Assembly (NCBI GenBank): GCA_030295235.1
Contig: AP026179.1
Location: 186,001-250,000, forward strand
Direction of reading: 5' to 3'
Length of the DNA stretch: 64,000 nucleotides
Origin: Fistulifera solaris
Lineage: Eukaryota
The notes under the pieces: generated by a model
Seen by the model: the letters and a program-made list of their open reading frames with translations, nothing else
Databases searched by the model: none
Told to the model about the DNA's origin: nothing
Shown: piece by piece, positions 50,618 through 63,667 of the stretch
Layout of the letters: the number at the start of each line of letters is the position of its first letter
Numbering within the stretch: position 1 is the stretch's first letter
Translations under genes and position numbers: made by a program

Positions 50618-51854
50618 TCAATCTAGTTTTTCTTCTGCTAGTTTATTCCTTTGATTCGAACTCCTGTTGGCTTGGTAGCCGCCGCCGTCGTCGTCTCCGA
50701 GGAGCTGCAGAAAATAATGAGCAACTCGTCCCGCCATCGCCAGGTAATACTCCCAATACGATAGCTGCAAAGTTAGATCCTCGTCCTTCTCTTGTCGTTC
50801 TTCGTTATGCTGCTGTTCTTTTTTGGTAGCAGTCTCTTGGGTAGGACGAGGAGCACGTAAGGTTGAATATGCTTTCCGTGAAGGTACGGATTGTGTCTTA
50901 AAGAGACCCACCTCCTTGTTTTGACTGTCAAACTTGTTGGAGTGCTTCGTCATCATCACTTGTCGTAAGGACTGTTTTTGGTGTTGTTGATTTTGTTTCG
51001 CTTGTTTCGCCTTTTCATGCACATTCCGCAATTCGCTTTGAATAACTCGTCGTTCTAATTCATTCGATACCAACTCGAACGCACGTTCAAAGTCCATCTT
51101 GGCTAATTTGTACTCACCACGACATTTCCGAGCCTTACCCCGTCGAAAGTAGAGTTTCGAAATTTGTTCTGGATGAGCCGCTACTTGGTGCATTGGTAGA
51201 TGCTGTTCCGAATTGTAATCCAAGGCCATGGTACAAAAGGTTTCCGCTTTTCGATACCATTGTAGCTGCAATGCCGATTGTGCTAAATTGTTCATGATTT
51301 TGCAGTATAGTAACAGTCGTTGTTGCTGATCCTCTTCGTCGCCTTCGTCCAGATCCTCCTGTTGCCGTGAATCCTGTTCTTCACTCTCGACGAAAGCATC
51401 GGATGGATTCTTCATTCTATGATGATTGATACCGATTACTGGTAAGCACGTTAAATACACTTCAATGGCATTCTCATATTGTTGTTTCTGATACAATTGA
51501 TTGCCGTAGCAACGTTGCACTTCGGCCCACTCGGTTTGTTCGGCCTTTGTTTTCAGCGAAGCTAACCACTGCGTGGCTTGTTGCAATCGCGTTTGACAAT
51601 CGGCGGCCGCTTGTTCGGCCGGAGATGCTTGGCGGGTAGAACCATCGGGTAAACGGCGTTGCAATTCAAAAATACGACGATGACCCTTCGTTCAGTTCAT
51701 GCAAGGTGCGATTGATTGAATTCAAAACATCCGTCGTGGTCACAAAGGATTCCTCGGGCGGTCGTAAATAGGATGTAGTTTTTGTTGTATGCGATGGATT
51801 GTTGCTTTTGTCATGATTCTTTCCATTATCATCACTTTTATTTTTAGTGGACAT
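50618..51854 (-). CDS. TPR-repeat protein (co-chaperone-type TPR); frameshift at the G-run near 51686
   Basis: GNQLYQKQQYENAIEVY; NNLAQSALQLQWYRKAETFCTMAL; KLYFRRGKARKCRGEYKLAKMDFERA. Confidence 0.8.
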
Positions 51855-52130
51855 GATATATCGTTGCTTTCATTCTTCATTATTTATTTGTTTGCTTGAA
51901 TAATATGGAGAAAGGCGCCTCGCATTATTATGTGGCGGTATAGCCCCACGTGACTTAGTCTCATTAGAGTCGTGATCTGCGAAAGTCCTACACTTTGGAA
52001 GATTCTAAATCCTTATCAAGGACCACTCACTCGGCTCATTGTTATTAACCGGTTCGTTCCCGTTACAACACTTATGGTATGGTCTACAGATGGATACAGT
52101 TTCTAATTTGGAGATACCAGGTACTGTTTA

Positions 52131-53812
52131 TTACCAAATCGCATCTTTCACTTCTACTCCTGCCACAGCACCCAAAGTATGCTGCATGGGTGGAATGACA
52201 CGATATTGAGTCCGCAATTGGTCTGCTGTGAGTGGGATTTCGGTCCACACAGCAGAGGACGGCGTTAGAAACAACTCCTGACTCATCCGGATCCGTTCCC
52301 GCGTTTCCGTCGGTGTTTCTCGGAGAGCCGTCCGAATTTGACCACCACCATTGATGCAACCCGAGGGACACGCCATGATTTCCATGTAATCAAAGGGTGG
52401 CAAGGCATTTTCTTGAAATGGCTTCAATGCTTTTTGAATCGTTTGCATCCCATTGGCAATGGCAAACCGCAGAACGGGAAGGGAATCATCCATACAAGTT
52501 GCGGAGTAAGTTCCCGTGGAAGGATGATAATACAGAGTCGCGTGTAAAAATTCGCGACGTCGTTTTTGCGAGGCAATGCGGGCACTCACGGTACTCCAAT
52601 TGGCTTCGTCGCGTTCCATGAACGGCTGCCATAAAGTAGAAGAGTCGTCATTGATATCAGTTTGAAACAATTCCCAAGCTGCGTAACGAAACAAAAAATC
52701 CGCGTAACCGCCCGAGGATTCGGCAAAAAGGTGAAATTCGGTGCAATGGACGAGTCACGCTTCACCGATCTACTTTCCTTTGGTGCAATCAAACAAGCGG
52801 GGCGATGGGCAGCACTCCATTCTTGTGCCGACGTAAAAACGGCAGAGAGTGGCAATTGCGATACAATCTCGGTAATGTGTTGTTTTGTTCGTATGGTAGC
52901 ATTCTCCCTGTCTTGAAAAAACTCTTGCATCAGTTGCCAACATTCCGTTGTTGTAATCGACATGTCCACGAACGGTTCTTCTTTGTCATTTGTAAATTCG
53001 GTACGCGAAGCTTCGAGTTTCTTATCATGACACGGCATGACGGCCAAATGAAAGCATTCGGCGTCTTGTTGTTGGAAATAAGCTCCGGCACCCGACATGG
53101 GAGACGGAATCGGCGACAAGTGAGGGACAGCTGCATGAATGGACTTTTCAATCAAACACACCGTGGCCGGACACGAAGAGGCGAGTTGGGGCAGTCGGGT
53201 TTCGGTACCTTCTTGTGACAGTTGTTGTCGATACGCTTCAACGAAGGATTGTGCCGCTGCTAGTCTCGACCATTCCAGCGGTACGTTAGCATCCATGACT
53301 ACATCCACTGCCCAGTATTGATGAAAGAAGGTTGCCATTTGTTGTTGTCGTGTCCGAATAGACGGAGTTGTGCTTTTTCCGATTGATTCCATATGACGCA
53401 TCAAATCGGCCCAACTGGCGGGTGATATCGTGAGCACAAATCGTTTCCTTACATCCGTTGTTGTTTGAAAACGCTGATGAATCCACTGACGCAATTTTTC
53501 GATCGAATGCTTTTCTTCCAACAAGACTGTTTCGGCGGTAGTGACACAACCCGAACAAGCCAAACAATCGGCAATCGAAGCGGACACGACTGCGTTTGTC
53601 GTGGGCACCGTCGTCGTATCCGTTCCTCCCCGAACCGTCCGTCGTTTCCGTGTTCGAATGGCTCCTTCTTGAGTACGATTGGATGTCGTCGTCTTCGTCG
53701 TCGTGGTGGTTGTTGTTGTTGTCGTGTCACCAGGATTGCTAAATAAAGGATTCACACACGCTTGGGAAGGTCCTAAATAATCATCGACATTGCTCAAGAA
53801 TACGGATGACAT
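52131..53812 (-). CDS. NAR1: Cytosolic Fe-S assembly factor NAR1/CIAO3 (hydrogenase-like); frameshift at the T-run near 52727
   Basis: DDYLGPSQACVNP; IADCLACSGCVTTAETVL; LASSCP; VMPCHDKKLEASR; SSGGY; MEIMACPSGCINGGGQ; C-terminal Trp. Confidence 0.95.
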
Positions 53813-56391
53813 AAAGATGTTCTTCAATCTGGTCTCCAATGACGACTACCAAAGACAGAATGTATTCTTGTGAACCAGGAAACACGTTCAAAGAATCATA
53901 AAACGAAGTAGAGAAAGTAGATCGAGTGGAGGAGTTTTTGTGAATCAACGATTGGGAAGATCTTTATGAATTACTCGCACATGACATTGACCGACGGACA
54001 GACGCAGGTTCGCTCTCCAGTCCTAATATAGCTCGAGAGGCATTCCAAGCTATGAATGTCTATTGGTGGATAGTCCCTTTGCATTACCTACACATCAACA
54101 GGGGGTTAACGACGACTGCGGAGGGCACTCAGTAGCTTTCGTTCGGATACCAATTCGAAAATGGGATCAATTACGACGTAACTATATCGAAATGTTGCAT
54201 GGCTAATGAAGTTACTAGGGAAATAGATGTTATTTACGTAAAAATGATGAACGATGAGTGGTACATCCAGGCGGCGAGCAAAAGTACAATACTCATGACT
54301 GAAATCCAGTTTTGGGGAAAACCCGAAAGAGATACTAAAAGCCTAAGAAGCTCACGATTTGGGAGAAATAACGATTTCACTGATCGAAAGTTGCAAAAAG
54401 CTACATGTTATAGCCAAAGAGATAAACTCATCGAGTAAGCTACCAGGTACCTGTATCGTGACAAAATCTGACATCCATAGCTTCATTGGTGGAAAAGCGC
54501 TCACAACTGACTTCGCATCGGTATCCAATGGCTAAAAGCAGTGCAACATACGAGTTTGCAATTATTCCCACCAAAACACAAGAGTTTTGTTTTGTTTTGT
54601 TTTGTTTAGGACGTTACCAGATACACAAGTCTGCTTTGATCAGTTGCGGACATCGCATTTTCATCATCTTAGATTGTGAAGGAGACAGAAGTTGAACCAG
54701 AAAGCAGAAGCCAAGCATCCGTCACATGTACCCTTGAACACAAACTAATCTTCATCTCGAATCATCTGGCACAAGTATATTTGCCGCAAAAATGGGTCGT
54801 CGAATGCAAAGGAATAGCCGTGACAATCATGGGGCGTCAACCTCTTTCTTCCACATAAGATTGCCTCGGCTTTCTTTCGCTCTTGACGCGCACACAAACA
54901 CAGCAATCAGAATACCGGGTAGTAAGCGTCTTAGCAGTCTCATCTCCGGTACGCATTGTTGAGTCAATGGAACCGAATGTCGTTACCCTTCGTACAACTT
55001 TCTTGGCTCTTGTTTCATTCCGAACCAATAAATCGATTCAACCGCAAAAGATAAGTACTTGGAAACCACAGATCGTTGCAAAGCGAGTGTTAAAGGGGAC
55101 CACAATTCAAAGTATGTTTGATTTCTCGTCTGGACTTTCGTGACAGCACGGTCGACCCTGGCTGGATAAAGGGAGGTCACATCTGGGCGTCGGTCAAGTG
55201 ACATGGAATACCCAAATATTAGTCCGCGATCCTGCGGATGCCAATAAAGGATACGATGCTACACTGGTCACCTGTTGTCTGCTGACATGTGGTCGGAAGG
55301 TTGTTTGGCGAGGCTCGTGAGAGATAAGGGAACAGTCCCTCACAGGGAAACAGTTAATATTCAACAACTCACAGCCGTCCCTATCTATCTTCTGTTTTTC
55401 TTCCACTCTATGTAATATTAGCGAACTTCGCTTCATGCCGTGCTCTGTGATCGATCTTGTTGTCGCGAAATATGAAAAAAACCGATTTTGTAGGCAACAA
55501 CAAATGCTTTCAAAGAGTCATTGTATGGTGCTACATTACCACTGCACACGAAACGCTGCGCTTCTAGAGAATTCGTTGACGACGATGTCAATCGCAATGC
55601 GGCGTTGACGCATCCGTTTTGACGTTGCACAATGTTGTGCCGCCTGGACGACTGCTTTAAAGGGAATCAAGGTATTGTCAGTAAGATCGTTTTCTGGATA
55701 GAGCATGAAAACGATAGTGGTAATAAGTCTCTCCGTAGCGACGAAGATGAATTTATCTCGAAACTGTGCATGCCGCTTCAAGAGATCGAATTGGTGGTGT
55801 GCCTGCTGGCGTGCATGACAAATTGAGAACTCTGCGATAAAAGGTCACAAACCTGGGAATTCATGTCCGTACTTGGTAGTTGTGGATCGTATGGCGACGT
55901 TCGTGTGTCGCATGTGCCCTATATTTAGAGAAACGAGAGCACCCATTTTAGTTTTAGCCTTAAGAAGCGAACCGCAACAAGTAAAATGAAGTCCGAAGGT
56001 TCCCGTATACACGGGATTCAAAGTGATTCACCAAAGTGGGCTCCTTTGTTTCACCTCGACTTCTCTCTCCTATCCACAGCAACAGCAAAAGCGAACGGGT
56101 GCAACCTCAAGTACGAAGCTATATCATGGATTCAATCAACATCTAAATGTTAAAGCCATTCATTATCCATGGCTTGTTGCTAGTGTGATCTTAGCGGACG
56201 AAGCAGAAATGTTTACACCTCTTGCATCTGTATGCGCCGTCCGTATCGTGGTGTGCGCTTTGTAGAGGAGATGATGATGCAGCATAACAAAGGTCGCGAC
56301 GTGCCAGGTGGGTCTGCATTGAATAAACCACTTCTCGTCCTTCTATTTCATCGGCGGCTTTTTTGCTGACGAATGCATCCACTGCTTGCAA

Positions 56392-57384
56392 TCATTTCTT
56401 GAATTTCCTCTTCTGCGGCTTCTTGCCTTGCGATTTCATGTAAAGGTCGATGGTTTCTCTGGGCACAGTAGACTCGAGATCCATGCGTCGCTTTGTCATT
56501 TCGGAATCATGTTGCTGCTTGAATTGTTTCAGTTCTTTCAGGTACCTCTCCTTGTCGACACGCGCAAGATTTTCGTAATACTGAAGCGTATCAGGATCGA
56601 CTTGCCGCCATCTCTCGCTGATTTCCTTGGCCAAGTCTTCAAACGATATCCCGCTTCGTTGCCGCTTTCTCTGATCGTACTTACCTTCTGCGGTGCCAAA
56701 TACTATATGTCGTCGCTCTGCTTGAAAGAAGTAGTTGTAAGCGGAAAGATTCCGTTTCGGCTTCGCAATTGATTCGGATTTGATTGAATCACTGGATACA
56801 TCAAGGTCATGATTGTTAATCGCCTTGACTTCTGTCGCCCCTTCTCTTTCAGGATTGTTTTCGACATTTGTTTCAACAAGTGCTGATTCGGTAGTAGTGT
56901 TTTGCAAGGACAACTTTGCACTCGGAAGAAGGGAGGCTATCTGCGGTGGAGGTCCTTGTGAGCTGTTGGTCAGCTCAAAATGGTGCGCCGCAACCGGCGG
57001 AGCTGCATGGAACGGCAACCAAGAATCGTGGGATAATTGCGAGGGACGTTGATACAGAGAAGGATGGGAAAGAAAAGAAGTCAAAGGGTTCCCCAGAAGG
57101 TTGGAGTTGAGAGCGGCAAGTTGTTGCAAAGGAATATCTTGAAAAAGCGGACGGGAACTTTGAGTGATTGCCTTCGAACACACCGGTTGTTGCGACAGGA
57201 AATGGCCGGCCCGTGGATTCGAGTTGGCTAATGAAAGCAAAAGAAAGTCATAGCTTGGCAGAGAATAGCTGGCTGCACACGGTAACAATGGTGCAGCGTA
57301 GGAAAGGGATTGCCCAGTGTTGTTGTCAGCATGCCTAATGACCGGAGAGTCTTTATCCTTTTTCCATCGTTGTTGGTTCATCAT
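56392..57384 (-). CDS. HMG-box protein, paralogue 1
   Basis: KPKRNLSAYNYFFQAER...GISFEDLAKEISERWRQVDP...YENLARVDKERYLKEL. Confidence 0.9.
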   Translation of the reverse strand: MMNQQRWKKDKDSPVIRHADNNTGQSLSYAAPLLPCAASYSLPSYDFLLLSLANSNPRAGHFLSQQPVCSKAITQSSRPLFQDIPLQQLAALNSNLLGNPLTSFLSHPSLYQRPSQLSHDSWLPFHAAPPVAAHHFELTNSSQGPPPQIASLLPSAKLSLQNTTTESALVETNVENNPEREGATEVKAINNHDLDVSSDSIKSESIAKPKRNLSAYNYFFQAERRHIVFGTAEGKYDQRKRQRSGISFEDLAKEISERWRQVDPDTLQYYENLARVDKERYLKELKQFKQQHDSEMTKRRMDLESTVPRETIDLYMKSQGKKPQKRKFKK

Positions 57385-59261
57385 TGACAGGCAATGCAAA
57401 TCGTTTGATGAAAGCCTAATCTTCATTACAAGAAAAAGAAGTCTGGTAGATCGACTAGAAGCTGTGAGCGATTTGTTAGTGCTCTTGCCAAACTTCCTGT
57501 CGCACCCCCAACGACCACGACCCTCGACGACGTGTCGCCCTGAAGGTACTTGTAAGTCAAAAGGAATATCGAGTATCGAGTGTCAGCCTTTTTCGTTTTC
57601 AGTTCATGCGAAAACGAAATAGCCTACTTGACAACCTGATAGAGTACTCTTGATTATGGAGACCGGTTAAAACCCATTCTAACGTAAATGGTAACAGGTA
57701 ACAGGAAACGGAATGGTCGGCAACTTCAAGTCAAGATGTAATATGTAGTACAATCGAAACTCAATCAACTGGGCGATACACGTACGCTATCTGAACGAGA
57801 TGACTGCAGCAGCCTTGACGACTGGGGACTGGCGTTTTCGCATTGCGCCTCAGCTCACTGCCCACTGGCCTCTGCTGAATGCTCAATGATTTTTTTGGGT
57901 ACTTGGCACTAATCAGTAATCAGTGCCCAACTGTGTCTAAGGTGTAAGGGTGTACTATGATTCTTTGAGATTCCGTTTCTGTGCAGTCTTTACAAGAGAA
58001 CTTCCACATGACGAACAGCAAGCCAATAGGATTTGTCTCATAAAATGTAAAATTATATGTGCTTTTTGCTCCATAAGATTGTATCAATGATTAAATCAAT
58101 CGTCAATCGTTATTTGTCCCATATCTGTGTTTACCAGGTAGCCTCCTTTTTGTCATCAGGAATCAGGAACCAGGCGCAACCAATGAACGGAAAACGGGGA
58201 TACTTCTAGAGAGATCCAATTATCCAATGAATAATGAGTAATCAGCAGAGATAGAGCTATGGTGCTTGTACAATCAAAATCACGAGCCGACAACCAAACG
58301 ATCTAACAGCGGATCAAAACCGAAACTGAATACAAGCACTCTGATGATTCAGTAGTCAGCAGTCAGCAGTCGCAATCTCAAAGTAATGGTTCCGGTACAG
58401 TACCAGTAGTCGCAAGTGACGACGAAATGTTGACCGTGCTAAGGATGTACTTACTCATGGCTCCGAAACTAACAATAGCTAGAAAGGTTTGAACCTCGTT
58501 TGCTATTGATTCCGCTCTCTGAGAGATGCAAGGCGCAGTTGACAATCAAACAAATGATCAAGTTGAAGCGACCCGACGCGTTCGCGGCACCGGTAAACAT
58601 TTAGAAGGGAGCACTGCTTCAATCGGTCTACCTTGAGCTCCTCCACACAGAGCGAAGGGGGAGAAACACAAGAAATGGCTTTCGAGGAACGAAGAACAAC
58701 AATACCAAAACCCGATCAAAATTAAACTCCGTATTTTTAGAAACATCCGCTATTCTACTGCGTAAAACTGCGATTGCTCTCGAATCAAATCTGCGAAACG
58801 TCGTGGATACCCACATTGTGTCACAGCGTTGTCTTGAGGAAAAACCCAATGACCACGACCCAAATTCCAGTCGTGAGTGGGCCAAACTATTGTCAATTAC
58901 CAGTAATCATCTTAGCCTTCATCAGCGAGAGAGGGCGAGAACAAAAATCTCCACGCAGGAGTTAGCCGTCGGAGGCGGCTAGTTAAAAATAAAAACAGCC
59001 GACTTCAACTCTCAGCTATCACTGACACAAAAACTTGTTTCTCCGACTCGATCAATACATTTTGTTGTAATCAGCAGTTGTTTCTTGTTCCTCGTCGCGC
59101 GTAAGATTTACGTCGCTAAGAATGAGTGCTATTTTTCTATATTTTTACTTAAACGTATCAAAGAAACTGTTTCGAAGGTCGTGAGTCGTGACAGGGAAGA
59201 AGAACGTTCAAGGTTATAGTTCGACACGCTCTAAAATAACAAATAACAAATACCGATATTC

Positions 59262-59473
59262 ACGTTATAATAACGTATTATATCAGAGCCATTTTTCCCA
59301 ATATCGATATTTGTCGATATTCGTACGTCTGACAGACGGACTTGTGGCATTCTCACGCTAAAATGGCTGTAATTTGCGGGCGAAGACAGACGATCCCCGA
59401 TATTAATATCGGTTATTATATCGTATAATACGATATTGATATTCGTAAAAATCGAAATATCGATATTTGTCGA
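59262..59473. repeat. AT-rich cluster of six short palindromes plus an 18-bp direct repeat
   Basis: Palindromes at 59262-59276, 59300-59311, 59326-59338, 59397-59412, 59418-59436 and 59455-59468; AATATCGATATTTGTCGA at 59300 and 59456. Confidence 0.8.
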
Positions 59474-60286
59474 ACGATACCGAGGCTCGATGAGTTATGA
59501 CCGCGTGAACCCAAAATCGATGACTCCTCCTCTCCTCTCTCCTCTCTTAAGACCTTTGGTGCATCGCTTTCCGCGCTCTGCTCTTGAAGCTTGCTATTTG
59601 CAGTAGAGTGAGTCACAGCTCACAGCTGATTTAACTTTATTGCTAAATATTTAGGTTCAAGGTTCGATGCTTCTATTTTGACAGTTAATTAATAAAACTT
59701 TCAAACTACGTAATAAAAATTGCGAAAAAGGAGCATCTCATCCTCGAACATCGACAATCCAGAGGTACACCGTACACCGCAGTCACGCGAATGAAGTATT
59801 CGATTCCGTGCACAAAGTAGTCATCACATCCTTCTAAACCTAAAATCAAAAAACTACTGATCTTTCTTGGTCTTCCCTTATTCTTTAGTCTCTCTTCCGT
59901 CTTGTTTCCTTTGTTGACAAAAAGTCTGAAACGAGCTAAATGATGCAACGCGCGCTGGATGCTTGCGTGCGTACCTGAGGTTCACACCTATGAGTAAATT
60001 TACCCCGAATGTCAGGGCAATAAAGTTATGGTCGTCCGGTCCGACTTAGTGTTTTATCCTTAAGAAGCGAAACACAAGATTTCTATTGGATTGACGGCAC
60101 ACTGACACATAGGATATTCGAGTGATTTGCACTTAGGAATATTGTCGCGTACGCCAATAACCTTAGCCTTGGTACATTATTTGTGGGAACGACCACGCCA
60201 CCAAATCGCAATGGGGCGCAATGCGCAATTATTAGCCTATCTGACTAGCAATGCCTCTCCAGAACTGAATGTTGAAATCAAAATTC

Positions 60287-61303
60287 TCATAATGCTCTAC
60301 AAGATAGGTTGATCTTCACCACAAAAACTACTTCTTGTCTTTTCTTCCTCTTCTTCGGTTTCTTCGCTTGCGATATCATGTATTGTTGCATGGTTTCTTC
60401 CGGCACGGTCGATTCCAGATCCAGACGTCGTCGGGTGAGGTCGGAGTCATGCTGCTGTTTGTACTGTTCCATTTCTTGCAAATACCTTTCTTTATCGGCA
60501 CGCGCCAGATGTTCGTAGTATTGCAGCGTATCAGGATCGACGTTTCGCCACCGTTCACTGATTTCTCTGGCCATGTCCTCTAACGATATCCCACTTCGTC
60601 TCCGCTTTCTATCATCATCATTGGTGCCTTTCGCTTGTATGAGCTGCTGTCGCTGCGCTTGAAAGAAGAAGTTGTAAGCTGAAAGCGGCCGTTTCGGTTT
60701 TGGGATGGATTCTGATTGCATCGATTTAGCGGATTCATCCAGGTTACGATGATTTCTCGCGTTCGCTGTTGTTGTCTCTTCAACATTTCGTTCTACATGT
60801 GTTTCGACATGAGCGTGCTCTGTGTTGTTCTGTAGAGGTGCTTGCAAGTCGTAGCTCAGCTCAAAGAGGCGCGGTGCCACCGGCGGAGCTGGATGGAACG
60901 AAAGCAAAGGATCTATTAACACTGGTGCAGATTGTTGATACAATGACGGAAGGGCAGGAACCGAAGCGAAAGGATTACCCAGCAGATTCGAATTGTGAGC
61001 GGCGAGTGATTGCAGAGGTATATTTTGAAAAAGCGGAAGGGAACTTCGAGTCGAATAAAACGGTTGTTGCGACAGGAAACGGCGGGCTAGTGGGTCCGAG
61101 TGGGCTAAGGAAAGCAACAGAGAATCATAGCTTGAAAGTCCAGTGTAGCTGGCTGCATTCGGGGCAGCAAAGGGGAGACGTCGGCTCGCGTCGAAATAGT
61201 CATATTTATTAGCTTGAGATGAGCCTCTTTCGGCGTGAAGCGCTTGTGGAAAGGACTCGGTAGCATTCGAGTCGTCGTCTTGTTTTTGCCGAGGTCGATT
61301 CAT
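60287..61303 (-). CDS. HMG-box protein, paralogue 2
   Basis: KPKRPLSAYNFFFQAQR...GISLEDMAREISERWRNVDP...YEHLARADKERYLQEM; alignable with paralogue 1 over its whole length. Confidence 0.9.
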   Translation of the reverse strand: MNRPRQKQDDDSNATESFPQALHAERGSSQANKYDYFDASRRLPFAAPNAASYTGLSSYDSLLLSLAHSDPLARRFLSQQPFYSTRSSLPLFQNIPLQSLAAHNSNLLGNPFASVPALPSLYQQSAPVLIDPLLSFHPAPPVAPRLFELSYDLQAPLQNNTEHAHVETHVERNVEETTTANARNHRNLDESAKSMQSESIPKPKRPLSAYNFFFQAQRQQLIQAKGTNDDDRKRRRSGISLEDMAREISERWRNVDPDTLQYYEHLARADKERYLQEMEQYKQQHDSDLTRRRLDLESTVPEETMQQYMISQAKKPKKRKKRQEVVFVVKINLSCRAL

Positions 61304-62867
61304 GGTCCAAGAGGTGCCAGAGACAATGATGATGAAGCTCAATGGAGGATGAAGATCCGTTTTGTAAGAAGCGCAATGTTTATAAGAGGGCGCCCTGAGG
61401 AACGGAAGATGAGTGCACCGTCCAGTGCACGTCTTATTACGAAACCTTGGCGGCAAGACCAAGGTTTTCGCAGATAGCGAAACAAGGATGCCCGCCTGAA
61501 ATCTGAGATAAGCATCAACCTTAAGTACTCTTGCACTGTCAACTGTCAGCTGTCAGCGCTCACACAGACAATCGCAGAGGCTGGAGATGTGTATCTCCCC
61601 GAACAAATGAGTGTAGCATTTTCGCTAAGCCGCAGCCAAGCGGGCTGCCACCGCCAGATGCTTCGTTTTACAATCAACGGGTCGTCTTTCCGTCAATTCG
61701 TACCTTGAAAGTCTATGTCTATCACATTTCCTTCTCTGTGCAGTCTTTGCTAAGAAAAAAGGTTACTGAATTTATGAAGACAGTACTACGTTGAACTCAA
61801 CACCATGTGCTGTTTCGTCCATAAGATTGTATCCGATCCGTTTCAAATAGTCATGAGATCAAACCTAGAAAGACTAAACATTTATGAATGGCTGACACAA
61901 CTGACAAAGAAACAAGAGACAGGGAAAACATAAAATTAGGTTGTCTGTCTTGTCCAGCTATTTACGGAGTACAAAGTAGTATTTTGTCTGATAGTGTCAC
62001 GTTGAACTCGTGGTCGGAAAAACTGATAATATACTTTAACCTGCTCATTACACATTCTGTCAAAGATTATATAAAACATTATTCCTAAAACATTATTCCT
62101 AATTTCCTCAAGTAAGAATACAATTTGACATTCGACTGAGTTTTCCATTATTCTTTTTCATTTTCTTTGGCTTCTGGTCCTCAGAAGCTCCGATTTTGAA
62201 TCACTGTATCGCGATTGCTAGTAAAATGACAAACCTGCACCCTGCACCAGAATCCCACTGGAGTGGATTGCGCTGTGGCGCGCCATCCCCCGGATTTCTT
62301 AATAGCACTCAGAATTGCTAGAATTAGGTTTCGTACCGTAGCATTTCGGAACAGCTGGTCGAAAGTAGCTACCAGTACTCTAACAGTGTGATCAACAATG
62401 AGCAATGAGAAAATGAAAATGGACAACGAAATAATCAGTCCGAATGTCAAAATTGCATTCTGACTTTAGGAAATTAGGGCATAAAATTATAAACTTAGGT
62501 TCTTCGTCACTATCTCGCGGTACGGTACCGTGGCAAAAAAAGAAATTCTAATGAGATATTCAAAGTTTCCTATGTGCTGTAGAGTGGTCAAGTACATCTT
62601 GTTTGTTCATTCTAGAACTTCAACTTTGTCAATCGTTCGCTTCACATTTTAGCACATCCTTCGTTCGCACTTCAATCGTATCGGAGTGGTATTTATGACG
62701 TATAAACCACGTCTTCATATTGTCTGTACGTCACTACGTTGTGTTTTTCCTTTTGTCGTATGTCGTATGCAACGCGCTTCTTAGCAACGAAGAAACAAAA
62801 AGCAAATACCTTCTTTTATCAAAACTTGTTATCGCTGCTTTAATCACCTCTAAGGATTAGATCAGTC

Positions 62868-63667
62868 ATGACTATTACTGTGAAGAAAGCCGGCGAGAAA
62901 CTTGCCAAAGCGGTCGTGCAATCGAACGCACCGCGCGCAATTACGGCCGCCGAAGCACCGCACGTGCCTCCGGCCAAAGCAAGTACTACAACTTCGATGC
63001 AGCCATGGAACAATTGGTTCAATACCGCCTTGCGTGATTTCTTGGGAGAAGAACGTTACAAAAATATCGCAACTTCGCAGCGTTCATGCCCGACGACATT
63101 TACGACTTGTCGCCGGTTCCCAAACCCTCGCAAAAAATTCCTATATCCAAGACGGATCCGACGATCACCGCCGAATGGCGTTATCCTTCTCCGGGATCAC
63201 AAAAACCAGTACGCATGCCTCAATTCGATCTCGATATGCAGGAAGATCCGTATGATTCCGGATACTTCAAACGCGACACGCGTCGTCGCCACTTGTTCTC
63301 GGAATTGGCCAACAAGGACGTGGAAAAGTTAAAGTTGGAGATGATGGACCCGGATGACCCGTCGGTGGTGGAAGAAAAACAAAAGGTTGAAGCGGGTCCA
63401 GTCAGTTCTCCGGGCAATAAAGGTGTCTTTGCGACAGGTCCGACGGATTTTGATCCGACCGGGTTGCGTGCCACCATGTCCGCGACATGGGGTGCTTTGG
63501 AAAAGTCGTTGGATGCGCACATGCCCAATCATTTGCCAAAACCAGTTTGGAAAGGAAAGGAAGACGAAATTATTCAGTGGTACAAAGAACGCGATCTTCC
63601 GGTGCCCGTTGGCGGTTATTACGAAGCCCTCAAGACCCCGGTGTATCGACGCGTTGCGCGATGGTAA
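62868..63667 (+). CDS. Probable mitochondrial complex I accessory subunit, NDUFA7/B14.5a/NUZM-like; frameshift at the A-run near 63060
   Basis: 'WRYPSPGSQKPVRMP...DPYDSGYFKRDTRR' resembles the NDUFA7-family Y..RD.RR motif; basic Ala-rich presequence; one added A joins ORFs 62868 and 63086. Confidence 0.6.

Noticed and set aside
53900..56000. Short ORFs in the gene-poor region as possible transposon relics
   Set aside because: No transposase, reverse transcriptase or integrase motifs, and no terminal repeats recognised.
56191..56391. In-frame ORF right after the HMG paralogue 1 stop codon (possible readthrough)
   Set aside because: Not conserved in paralogue 2 and has no recognisable domain.
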